In this document: positions 19,938 to 28,474 of the stretch, piece after piece
Numbering within the stretch: position 1 is the stretch's first letter
How the letters are laid out: the number at the start of each line of letters is the position of its first letter
Assembly: GCA_040882355.1 (NCBI GenBank)
Contig: JBBEBM010000005.1
Location: 1-46,271, forward strand
Direction: 5' to 3'
Length of the DNA stretch: 46,271 nucleotides
DNA from: Dehalococcoidia bacterium
Lineage (GTDB): Bacteria > Chloroflexota > Dehalococcoidia > DSTF01 > RBG-16-68-14
Notes under the pieces: model-generated
Database searches by the model: none
The model's input: only the letters and a program-made list of their open reading frames with translations
What the model was told of the DNA's origin: nothing
Translations under genes and position numbers: made by a program

Positions 19938-20597
19938 CTATTCCCACAGGCAGCCGACGCCCGCCGCCTCCGCCTCACCCTCCAGCGCGACGAGCGTGTC
20001 CCGGTACGCGCCGTCGTCGCGCCAGGCATGGCCGAGCCCCTCGGCGATAAGCAGCGCTTCGATCGAGTCGCCGCCCTCCGTGAACACGTAGCGCAGCAGG
20101 CGGTCGTAGCGGTCTCGTTCGCGAGCGTCCGGCAGGAGCAGGACACGCTCGCCGGCGAGCGCCTGGTTGCGGTCGGTCGCCTCCGAGAAACAGTCGTCGC
20201 CCCGCTCGGTCGTATCGACGCCGTAGTAACGCACGCGCTCTTCGCGGCCGTCGATGCGCACGTCGATCGTGTCGCCATCGACGATGTGCACCACGTCAGC
20301 CCGTTCGAGGAGCGCCGGATCGGGCGAGATGTCCGGCGCGGCGACGCCTGCCCTGAGCGAAGTCGAAGGGAGCAGCGTCGCCGTCGGGACCGGCGTGCCG
20401 GCGACCGGCGAGACGAGCGCGCCGGCGGTGGGCGTGGGCACGGCCGCTTCGTCGCCGGCGCCCGAGAGCCGGCTCAGCAGCCAGGCGACGCCAAGCAGCA
20501 CGAGCGCGCCCACGAGCCAGAGGTTGCTTCGGCGGCGCAGGAAGGGGGTCTTGACGATGGGCGGCAGCTTGCGGCGGGAGCGGCGGCGGCGGGCCAT
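19938..20597 (-). CDS. Membrane-anchored thermonuclease (SNase) family protein
   Basis: TM segment, VDGDTI, RVRYYGVDTTE, DRYDRLLRYV; PSTSLRAG insertion in the linker. Confidence 0.9.
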   Translation of the reverse strand: MARRRRSRRKLPPIVKTPFLRRRSNLWLVGALVLLGVAWLLSRLSGAGDEAAVPTPTAGALVSPVAGTPVPTATLLPSTSLRAGVAAPDISPDPALLERADVVHIVDGDTIDVRIDGREERVRYYGVDTTERGDDCFSEATDRNQALAGERVLLLPDARERDRYDRLLRYVFTEGGDSIEALLIAEGLGHAWRDDGAYRDTLVALEGEAEAAGVGCLWE

Positions 20598-20709
20598 GCG
20601 GATCATTGTAGGCTGGCGCGGTCGCGTGCTCCAGCAGCGCGCCTACCTTGACAGCCGGCGCTATACTGGGGCCGCGACGAGAGGGGAGCCAGTCGAACTG
20701 AGGGCAGCG

Positions 20710-20997
20710 ATGCGTTTCGCGGCAATCGCTCTCGCCTGCACGATGTTCCTCGCGGCCTCGGGCGCGGCGGGCGCCGGCTCTGCGCGCGGGGCGAGCGGCT
20801 TCGACCCCTGGCCATGCTACCCGGACGTGAACGGCGACGGCGTCGTGTCCATCACCGACATTGGCTTCGTGGTGTCCTATTTCGGGCAGACCGTCCCCCC
20901 TGCGCCACCGACAGCCGACCTGAACGGGGATGCCGTCGTAGCGATAACTGACATCGGCGTGCTCGTGCAGTCGTTTGGCCGGATCTGCGTGGACTAG
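20710..20997 (+). CDS. Small secreted protein consisting of a dockerin-like domain only
   Basis: Signal peptide, then C-YPDVNGDGVVSITDI...ADLNGDAVVAITDI...FGRIC. Confidence 0.78.
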   Translation: MRFAAIALACTMFLAASGAAGAGSARGASGFDPWPCYPDVNGDGVVSITDIGFVVSYFGQTVPPAPPTADLNGDAVVAITDIGVLVQSFGRICVD

Positions 20998-21060
20998 CCT
21001 CGCGACCGCGTCGAAAAGTGTAGTGTAATTCGACGCGGAGGGGGCTATGCTAGTCTCGTT

Positions 21061-22737
21061 ATGAGACAGCGTGGCCGGCCACCACACCCCGACGTGCTTA
21101 CGCCTCGCGAGCAAGAGGTGCTCGCCCTCATCCGCGATGAGCTCTCGAACGATGAGATCGCGGCGCGGTTGGGCATCAGCCTGGATGGGGTGAAGTACCA
21201 CGTCTCGGAGATCCTGAGCAAGCTGGGCGTGCGCAACCGGCGAGAGGCGGCGGCGTGGGAGCCGGGACGCCGCCCGTGGTGGCAGGCTGCGCTCGCGCCG
21301 GTGCTTTTCTGGCGCGCCCCGACCAAGATCGCGGCGCTGACTTCAGCCGTCCTGGCCATCGCACTCGCCGCTGGGATTGCACTCTTCATTTGGGCGCTCA
21401 GCGCCACGGATGATCGCGAACCCGTCGACGTAGCAGGCCTAACAACGGACAACTTCGCAGATGAGCTGCGGCAGGCGCTGGCCAAAGAGGGGGAGGTCTT
21501 TCATACCACCGCGGAATTCGTCACCGAGGATGTCAACGGAGAGGCCCAACTGGCCTACACCATGGAAACGTGGCTGGGGCCGAGAGACACCAGCCGCCAT
21601 GAGTTTCGCAAGGACCCGTCGTGGGACGTCGATATCGCTAACCACACGACGAACGTGATCGTGGGGGACACCGCCCACATGAACGACGACGCGGAGGTTT
21701 GGACGAGTGCGGTGGAGCACTGCGGCGGCATCGACCAAGTGTTGAACATCTTCTTGGCAACGGGCTGCGGCCAGTCCACAATTTTCAGCGACGACATGAG
21801 CATCGAAACCGGCCTCAAGTACGAAGGCGAGCCTGCGCTGGCGTTGGTCTCCAGCGGGACATCGACGAGTGAGGAGGCCGGCCAGGCCGACCAAGGCGAC
21901 GCGCGTGGCGTATTCTACTTCGACGCGAGAAGCCTCGTGCCGCTCGCCTGGGTGGTGGAGTCGCGCACGGAGGACGGCCAGCTTGAGGGAACGGTCCGGC
22001 TCATGTTCGAAAGCGAGTACGTCGACGCCGGTGATCTGCCGGCCGACTTCTTCGAGCCCGCATCGATCGGCTACATCGCCCCGACGCCAACGAACACCAA
22101 CCCCGCCCTCGTGCTGGATGAGCCCGACCTAGGCGTGGGAGTCTACTGGCTGGGCCGGGAGTTCTCGACCGGAGCGGGTCTGCCGCCTGTCCGACTCATT
22201 CAGTCGGACAGGGGCGGCGAAGGGCCAGGCTACCGCGCGTCTCTGACGTATGGACCAGACGGCTACGGCAGCGCCGCGGACGTGAGCGTCTGGCTCTGGG
22301 AGCCGGGCGCGTGGCAGGAGTACCGGGACGCCGTGATCATGCACACGCCCTTCGCCTCATCCTGCGCGCAACAGCAGGAGATCGCGTTGGAGGGCGGGCG
22401 CGGCGTCATCTACATGAGCCACGAGCCGGAACGGCCGCCTCCCCCGGCGACGCCGGAACCAGTCACACCCCAGCCGCCAGGCTCCACGGTTGCTCCCTAT
22501 GTCACCCCGACGCCCGCCCCGACTGCCGGGCCCGCTGCGCAGGACGCCACGAGCTGCCGGGAGCGTCCCTTCGATCTCTTCATGGCGGTCGCGGAGTTCG
22601 AGGAGACGACCGTAACGGTCAACGCGCCTCACTGCGTGATCTGCGTCGGCCGCGAGTCCGAGCCCGGCCCGTACGACTCCCGCGAGGGCATGGAGGCGAT
22701 CGTGCGCGGCCTGCGCGAGCGGGAGCAGGGCGAGTAG
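21061..22737 (+). CDS. Membrane-anchored LuxR-HTH protein with a large extracytoplasmic domain
   Basis: LTPREQEVLALI...SNDEIAARLGIS...VKYHVSEILSKLGV, then a TM helix and about 440 aa with Cys pairs and a Pro/Thr-rich linker. Confidence 0.85.
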   Translation: MRQRGRPPHPDVLTPREQEVLALIRDELSNDEIAARLGISLDGVKYHVSEILSKLGVRNRREAAAWEPGRRPWWQAALAPVLFWRAPTKIAALTSAVLAIALAAGIALFIWALSATDDREPVDVAGLTTDNFADELRQALAKEGEVFHTTAEFVTEDVNGEAQLAYTMETWLGPRDTSRHEFRKDPSWDVDIANHTTNVIVGDTAHMNDDAEVWTSAVEHCGGIDQVLNIFLATGCGQSTIFSDDMSIETGLKYEGEPALALVSSGTSTSEEAGQADQGDARGVFYFDARSLVPLAWVVESRTEDGQLEGTVRLMFESEYVDAGDLPADFFEPASIGYIAPTPTNTNPALVLDEPDLGVGVYWLGREFSTGAGLPPVRLIQSDRGGEGPGYRASLTYGPDGYGSAADVSVWLWEPGAWQEYRDAVIMHTPFASSCAQQQEIALEGGRGVIYMSHEPERPPPPATPEPVTPQPPGSTVAPYVTPTPAPTAGPAAQDATSCRERPFDLFMAVAEFEETTVTVNAPHCVICVGRESEPGPYDSREGMEAIVRGLREREQGE

Positions 22738-22753
22738 CCGTCACCCTCGCTAC

Positions 22754-22895
22754 TATAATCCCGACGCAAGCCCCAAGAAGGCCTCCAAGAACGATAGCGA
22801 AGCCGCGCCTCGTGCTGCTGGACGGCCACGGCATCATCCACCGCGCCTACAACGCCTTCCGCGAGCCGCTCACGGTGCGCAAGACGGGCGAGGTG
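22754..22895 (+). pseudogene. Relic duplicate of the polA promoter and 5' end
   Basis: TATAAT plus 31 codons (PRLVLLDGHG...KTGEV) identical in protein to polA 23519-23611; the start codon is lost. Confidence 0.9.
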
Positions 22896-22993
22896 TGCCG
22901 GGCGCCGCCAAATAGACGGGACCTGAGTGGCCAATTGCGTGGACCATCTGAAATCGGCACGTAAAGGGTGAGACGCGGCGGCCGGCTTTCGCT

Positions 22994-23353
22994 TCAGCCC
23001 TGACTTGTCAGGTGCGCGATAACCTTCTCGATCTCCGCAGTTGGGGAGAAGTCAATGTATTCGGAATCCTCGAGGGCCTCCGGAGCATGGCCGGGAGCCC
23101 AGTAGAACGCCTGACCAGCCTCGTAGTCGCTGCTCCCACCTTTCGTCTTCATGCGTACCTTGCCACTGATCACGTAACCCCAATGCGGGCACTGGCACAG
23201 GTCGTCAGGCAGGCCCTTCGTTGCCGGGGAAAGGTCAACCCCTTTGGACAGGCGTACCCACCCGATGGTCATGCTTCCGACTTCCTTGGTCCGGAAATCG
23301 ACGCCGCCTCCTTCTACCCGCGTGGAGAGGTCCGTTCGCTTCAGCGATTCCAT
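22994..23353 (-). CDS. Cupin-domain protein
   Basis: GLPDDLCQCPHWGYVISG...AGQAFYWAPGH; AAAGGAG SD. Confidence 0.85.
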   Translation of the reverse strand: MESLKRTDLSTRVEGGGVDFRTKEVGSMTIGWVRLSKGVDLSPATKGLPDDLCQCPHWGYVISGKVRMKTKGGSSDYEAGQAFYWAPGHAPEALEDSEYIDFSPTAEIEKVIAHLTSQG

Positions 23354-23476
23354 TGCGACTCCTTTCTTCAACGCGTGCTCGGGAGGGCACCGGCCACGCT
23401 CACCCGCCTCGGCACGGCGATTGTATCACGCCAGGCAGAAGCGCCGCCCTGCTCCCGCTCGCGCTATAATCGCAGC

Positions 23477-26400
23477 GTGAGCCCCAAGAAGCCTACGAAG
23501 AACCACGGCGACGGCGCGCCCCGGCTGGTGCTGCTGGACGGGCACGGCATCATCCACCGCGCCTACAACGCCTTCCGCGAGCCGCTGACGGTGCGCAAGA
23601 CCGGTGAGGTGGTGACGGCGGTCTTCGGCTTCGCTAACTCGCTGCTCACGGTGATCGAGCAGCTCAAGCCGACGCACGTCGCTGTAGCGCTCGACCCGCA
23701 CGGCCCGACGTTCCGTCACGTGAAGGACGAGACGTACAAGGCGCAGCGCTTCGAGTCGCTCAAGGGCCGCGTCGCGAACACGATCGCCGGGCTGTCGGCG
23801 CCCGACGAATTCAAGAGCGCCCTGGCGGAGGCGGTCGCGCCCGCCGCGTCGCCCGACCAGATGCGATCGGGCATCACGACCGCCGTCGAAGAGATGGACG
23901 TGCCGGAGCCGGTGAAGCGCGAGCTGCTGAAGTCGATGCAGCCGCTCGACCGGCTGCGCGAGATCGGCCAGCAGTCGGCACGAGTCGAAGACCTAATCAA
24001 CGTATTCAACCTGCCGATCTACCGCCTCGACGGCTACGAGGCCGACGACGTGCTCGGCACGCTGGCGAAGCAGGCGGACGACGCGGGCATCGAGACGTAC
24101 CTGGTGACGCTCGACAGCGACATCATCCAGCTCATCACGGACGGCGTGAAGGTCTTCATGATGCGCCCCTACCAGCGCGACGTCGTGATCTACGACCCGG
24201 CCAAGGCCAAGGAGCGCTACGGCATCGAGCCGCAGCAGATGCCCGACTTCAAGGGGCTCAAGGGCGACACGTCGGACAACATCCCGGGCGTGCCGGGCAT
24301 CGGCGACAAGACGGCGGTGAAGCTGATCGACCAGTTCGGCAGCGTCGAGGCGCTCTACGAACACATCGAAGACGTGACGCCGGAGAAGCTGCGCGAGAAC
24401 CTGCGCCGACACGAAACGGAGGCGCGGCACAGCAAGGAGATGGCGACGATCCGAAAGGACGCGCCGGTGACGCTAGACCTGGACGCGTGCGCGCTGGCGC
24501 ACTACGACCGCGAGGCCGTCGCCGAGCTGTTCCGCGACCTCGAGTTCAAAAGCCTGGTGCCGCGCCTGCCCGAGCCAGCGGCGCCGGAGGGCAACGGCCA
24601 TCGCGCGACGGCCACCACCGAGGCGGTGCTCGCCGACCAGGAGTATCGCACCGTCTTCACAGAGAAGGAGCTGGACGCGCTGGTGAAGCGGATCGCTTCG
24701 GCGAAGGCGTTTTCGTTCGACACGAACACAACCGACAGTCACGCCATGCGCGCGTCGCTCGTCGGCGTCTCGCTATCGTGGGCGCCGGGGCAGGCGGCGT
24801 ACGTGCCGGTCGGCCACCGGCCGGGCCTCGGCGATCCGGAGCAGCTCTCGATCGAGGCCGTCGCGAAGAAGGTGGCGCCGCTATTCGAGGACGAGCGCAT
24901 CGAGAAGTCGGGCCACAACACGAAGTTCGGCATGGAAGTGCTGCACAACCACGGCATCGAGGTTCGCGGCGTCGCGTTCGACACCATGCTCGCGGCCTAC
25001 CTGCTGGGTGAGGGCGCCGGGACCGAGTCGGCGCGGGCAGGCAGCGGGTCGCTCGGGCTGAAGTGGATCGTCTCGAAGGTGCTGAACGTGGAGATGAGCG
25101 AGATCGAGGAGCTGATCGGCAAGGGCGCGAAGCAGCTCTCGATGTCCGACGTGAGCGTCGAACAGGCGGCGCCCTACGCGTGCGCCGACGCCGACATGGC
25201 GGGCCGCCTCCGCCCGCTGCTCGAAGCCGAGCTGAAGGAGCAGGGCCTCTGGCCGCTCTTCAACGAGATCGAGATGCCGCTGGTGCCCGTGCTCGCGCGG
25301 ATGGAGGAGACCGGCGTCGCCGTCGACACGGACGCGCTGCGGGAGATGTCGCGCGGGCTGGGCGAGCAGGCCGCGCAGCTCGAGCAGCAGGCCTACGACT
25401 CGGTCGGGCACGAGTTCAACCTCGGATCGCCGCAACAGCTCTCGCAGGTGCTGTTCGAGGAGCTGGGCCTGCCGAAGACGCGCCGCATGAAGCAGGGTTA
25501 CACGACCGACGCGACCGCGCTCGAAGGGCTGCGCGGCACCCACGCGGTGATCGACATCCTGCTGGAGTGGCGTCAGATCACGAAGCTGAAGTCCACGTAT
25601 ATCGATGCGCTGCCGGCGCTCGTCCACCCGAAGACGGGCCGCATCCACACCAACTTCAACCAGATGGTCGCCGCCACGGGACGGCTTTCGTCGCAGGACC
25701 CGAACCTGCAGAACATCCCGGTGCGCACGCCGCTGGGCAACGCGATCCGGCGCTGCTTCGTCGCGCGGGACTACGGGCCCGAGCCGGTGCTGCTCGCCGC
25801 CGACTACTCGCAGATCGAGCTGCGCATCCTCGCGCACCTCTCAGGCGACGAGCGCCTGATCGAGGCGTTCCGTCAGGACGAAGACATCCACGCGACGACC
25901 GCGTCGGATGTCTTCGGTGTGCCGATCGACGAGGTCACGTCCGACATGCGGCGGCGAGCGAAGGTGTTCAACTTCGGCGTGCTCTACGGCCTGAGCGAGT
26001 TCGGCCTCTCCACCCGAGAGAGCATCTCGCGCGAGGAGGCGGCGGGCTTCATCGAGACGTACTTCGCGAAGTACCCGAAGGTGCGCGAGTGGCGCGAGGG
26101 CGTGATCAAGAGCTGTCGCGAGCTGGGGTACGCGGAGACGATGGTGGGCCGCAAGCGCTTCGTGCCGGAGATCCGCTCGTCGAACTTCCAGGTGCGCTCT
26201 GCCGGCGAGCGCATCGCCGTCAACATGCCCGCGCAGGGCACTGCGTCCGACATCATCAAGATCGCGATGAACAAGATCGACACGGAGCTGATCGAGCGCG
26301 GCCTGACGACGAAGATGATCCTTCAGGTGCACGACGAGCTGATCTTTGAGGGGCCGGCGAAGGATCGCGACGCCGTCCAGGAGATGGTGCTGCGCATCAT

Positions 26401-26506
26401 GCCGAAGTCGCTCGAGCTGGCGGTGCCGTTGAAGGTAGACGTGAAGGTGGGCACCAACTGGGGCGAGCTGGAGGTGATGCCGGCCGTCGCCAGCGCGGGC
26501 GGGTGA
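23477..26506 (+). CDS. polA: DNA polymerase I
   Basis: LLDGH, YEADD, GDTSDNIPGVPGIG, TGRLSS.DPNLQNIP, ADYSQIELR, LQVHDEL; GTG 6 nt after TATAAT. Confidence 0.97.
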   Translation: MSPKKPTKNHGDGAPRLVLLDGHGIIHRAYNAFREPLTVRKTGEVVTAVFGFANSLLTVIEQLKPTHVAVALDPHGPTFRHVKDETYKAQRFESLKGRVANTIAGLSAPDEFKSALAEAVAPAASPDQMRSGITTAVEEMDVPEPVKRELLKSMQPLDRLREIGQQSARVEDLINVFNLPIYRLDGYEADDVLGTLAKQADDAGIETYLVTLDSDIIQLITDGVKVFMMRPYQRDVVIYDPAKAKERYGIEPQQMPDFKGLKGDTSDNIPGVPGIGDKTAVKLIDQFGSVEALYEHIEDVTPEKLRENLRRHETEARHSKEMATIRKDAPVTLDLDACALAHYDREAVAELFRDLEFKSLVPRLPEPAAPEGNGHRATATTEAVLADQEYRTVFTEKELDALVKRIASAKAFSFDTNTTDSHAMRASLVGVSLSWAPGQAAYVPVGHRPGLGDPEQLSIEAVAKKVAPLFEDERIEKSGHNTKFGMEVLHNHGIEVRGVAFDTMLAAYLLGEGAGTESARAGSGSLGLKWIVSKVLNVEMSEIEELIGKGAKQLSMSDVSVEQAAPYACADADMAGRLRPLLEAELKEQGLWPLFNEIEMPLVPVLARMEETGVAVDTDALREMSRGLGEQAAQLEQQAYDSVGHEFNLGSPQQLSQVLFEELGLPKTRRMKQGYTTDATALEGLRGTHAVIDILLEWRQITKLKSTYIDALPALVHPKTGRIHTNFNQMVAATGRLSSQDPNLQNIPVRTPLGNAIRRCFVARDYGPEPVLLAADYSQIELRILAHLSGDERLIEAFRQDEDIHATTASDVFGVPIDEVTSDMRRRAKVFNFGVLYGLSEFGLSTRESISREEAAGFIETYFAKYPKVREWREGVIKSCRELGYAETMVGRKRFVPEIRSSNFQVRSAGERIAVNMPAQGTASDIIKIAMNKIDTELIERGLTTKMILQVHDELIFEGPAKDRDAVQEMVLRIMPKSLELAVPLKVDVKVGTNWGELEVMPAVASAGG

Positions 26507-26516
26507 GGGCCCTTTC

Positions 26517-26543
26517 TGTCATGCTGAGCGAAGCGAAGCATCT
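26517..26543. repeat. TGTC/CGTC-type REP-like palindrome
   Basis: TGTCATGCTGAGCGAAGCGAAGCATCT; relatives at 7510, 27516 and about 44629. Confidence 0.75.
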
Positions 26544-26585
26544 GGCCCTCCTAGAAAGCGCTACAATCCTCCGTGAGATCCGGGC

Positions 26586-26807
26586 ATGAAGATCACATAT
26601 GATCGAGAGGTCGATACGCTCCTTATCCGTTTCCGCGAGGCGACCGTCACCACGAAACACCTTGGCGAGGGCCTAGCGGCCGACTACGATGCGGATGGCC
26701 AACTCGCGGGCATCGAGATTCTTGACGCGGCAAAGCGTCTCGGCGGCAAGGACGCCTTCCGCCAGGTGATCCTGGAGGACATCGCGATCGCGCACCCGGC
26801 AGATTGA
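26586..26807 (+). CDS. DUF2283 family protein (antitoxin-like)
   Basis: MKITYDREVDTLLIRF...DYDADGQLAGIEILDA. Confidence 0.88.
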   Translation: MKITYDREVDTLLIRFREATVTTKHLGEGLAADYDADGQLAGIEILDAAKRLGGKDAFRQVILEDIAIAHPAD

Positions 26808-26853
26808 GTCGTTTGCTCGACTGGCACCTGGTTGCGCTGTGGGATGTCAATTA

Positions 26854-27285
26854 GTGCCGCACTACCGCATCACGTTCAGTCGCAGCGGACGGAGCGCGCG
26901 CGGCGCGCCGGTGCTGTGGTTCGTGCCGATGCCGAAGGACATGTTTCCGAAACGCGAGGTTGTTCTGATGGAGGCTCCCGGCGCTCGTGACGCAATCACG
27001 GCCTTCGTGAAGCGCGAGAACGTCGCTGTGGATCTCGAGCGGCCGGTGCGAGGATCGCCTCTGCTGCACGGCTGGTTCCTCTCGGGAAAGACGACGATCG
27101 CCGAATACATCGACAGCTTCGTGGGCGGTCGCAGGCGCTCGCTCTCGTTCAACGCGCCCAACGACGTTCGGTTTCGCATCCTGTCGATTGCGGAGGAGCC
27201 GGAACCCGCGAGCGGCATCGCCGGCACCGATGGCTACCAGCAACCCTTCGCTTCGCTCGAGGGCAGGCCGGCGACGAGCGACTAG
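26854..27285 (+). CDS. Hypothetical protein
   Basis: ORF fills the gap before mutM with plausible composition; its C-terminus contains a copy of the 24-nt element; start uncertain. Confidence 0.55.
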   Translation: MPHYRITFSRSGRSARGAPVLWFVPMPKDMFPKREVVLMEAPGARDAITAFVKRENVAVDLERPVRGSPLLHGWFLSGKTTIAEYIDSFVGGRRRSLSFNAPNDVRFRILSIAEEPEPASGIAGTDGYQQPFASLEGRPATSD

Positions 27286-27297
27286 CGACCAGTCACC

Positions 27298-28305
27298 ATG
27301 CCTGAGCTGCCCGAAGTAGAGACGCTGCGGCGCGACCTCCAGCGGGCGGTTGTCGGGCGGACGATCACGGAGGCGCGGGTGGCGCCGGACGCGCCGCGGC
27401 TCGTGCAGGAGATGCCGGTCGATGTGTTCACGACCGGCCTGCGCGGGCGGCGCATCGACGGGATCGCGCGGCGGGGCAAGTACCTGTTGATACGCCTCTC
27501 TGCGGAAGCTGCGACAGATCCTTCGCCCTCCACCCCGCCGCCGCCATCCCCGCCCCGCTCAGCTCAGGATGACACCAGTGGGTTGTGGTGGGTGGTGCAC
27601 CGGCGCATGTCGGGCAACCTGATCCATCGAGCCGCCGGCGCGCCGGACGAGCCGTACCTGCGGGCGCGCTTTCGACTCGACGACGGGAACGAGCTGCGCT
27701 TCATCGACCTGCGCAAGTTCGGCACCATGTGGCTCACCGACGACCCACAGGCCGTCGTCGCCGCACTCGGCCCGGAGCCGCTCGACGACGCGTTCACGGT
27801 CGAAACGCTCGCGGCGGTGCTGGCGAAGCGGTCGGCGCCGGTGAAGGCGGTGCTGCTGGACCAGACGGCGATCGCCGGCCTCGGCAACCTCTACGCAGAC
27901 GAGGCGCTCCACTACGCCAGCGTCCACCCGCTCCGGCCGGCGAACGGTCTGACGCCGGACGAGGTCGCCTGCCTGCGCGACAGCATCGTGCGGGCGCTGG
28001 AGCAGGGGCTGGCTAACCTGGGGAGCAGCATCGGCTACGCGGACGGCGAAGAGGTGAGCCTGCGCGACCACGTCAACCTCAGCGGCGAGGCCGGCGGGAA
28101 CCAGGAGTACCTCGTCGCGTACGGCCGCGAAGGGCGCCCCTGCCGGACGTGCGGCACGCCGATCGAGCGACTGAAGCTGAGCAATCGCAGCGCGCACTTC
28201 TGTCCTCGCTGCCAGCCGCGCGCGATTCTCAAGCGGAAGCGGTCGAGAGCGAAAGCGAAGAAGGCGACGAAGGCGAAGGCCACACGAACGGCGGAGACGT
28301 CGTAG
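27298..28305 (+). CDS. mutM: Formamidopyrimidine-DNA glycosylase
   Basis: MPELPEVET, RRGKYL, LLDQ..IAGLGNLYADE, zinc finger CRTC...CPRCQ. Confidence 0.96.
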   Translation: MPELPEVETLRRDLQRAVVGRTITEARVAPDAPRLVQEMPVDVFTTGLRGRRIDGIARRGKYLLIRLSAEAATDPSPSTPPPPSPPRSAQDDTSGLWWVVHRRMSGNLIHRAAGAPDEPYLRARFRLDDGNELRFIDLRKFGTMWLTDDPQAVVAALGPEPLDDAFTVETLAAVLAKRSAPVKAVLLDQTAIAGLGNLYADEALHYASVHPLRPANGLTPDEVACLRDSIVRALEQGLANLGSSIGYADGEEVSLRDHVNLSGEAGGNQEYLVAYGREGRPCRTCGTPIERLKLSNRSAHFCPRCQPRAILKRKRSRAKAKKATKAKATRTAETS

Positions 28306-28408
28306 GGGAGGCCTTCCAGGCCTCCCGCAGCGTTGTCGAACAGCGCACCGTCGCGGGAGGCCTTCCGCCGGGGGCGGACCCGCCTTCGGCGGGAAAGGCC
28401 TCCCCTAC
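28302..28408. repeat. Inverted pair of GTAG-type REPs with nested 15-nt hairpins
   Basis: GTAGGGGGAGGCCTTCCAGGCCTCCC ... GGGAGGCCT[insert]AAAGGCCTCCCCTAC. Confidence 0.75.
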
Positions 28409-28474
28409 GGACGCCTCGGACGCACCGCTGGTTGACTTTTGTTCGCCGCGGGCGCACCCTTAGGGCGAGGTCAG

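Noticed and set aside
23012..23476. 155-aa N-terminal extension of PolA
   Set aside because: It overlaps the cupin gene on the other strand; TATAAT plus GTG 23477 fits better.
23750..23950. Intein in PolA
   Set aside because: No C/S start with HN-C/S/T end, and it is too short.
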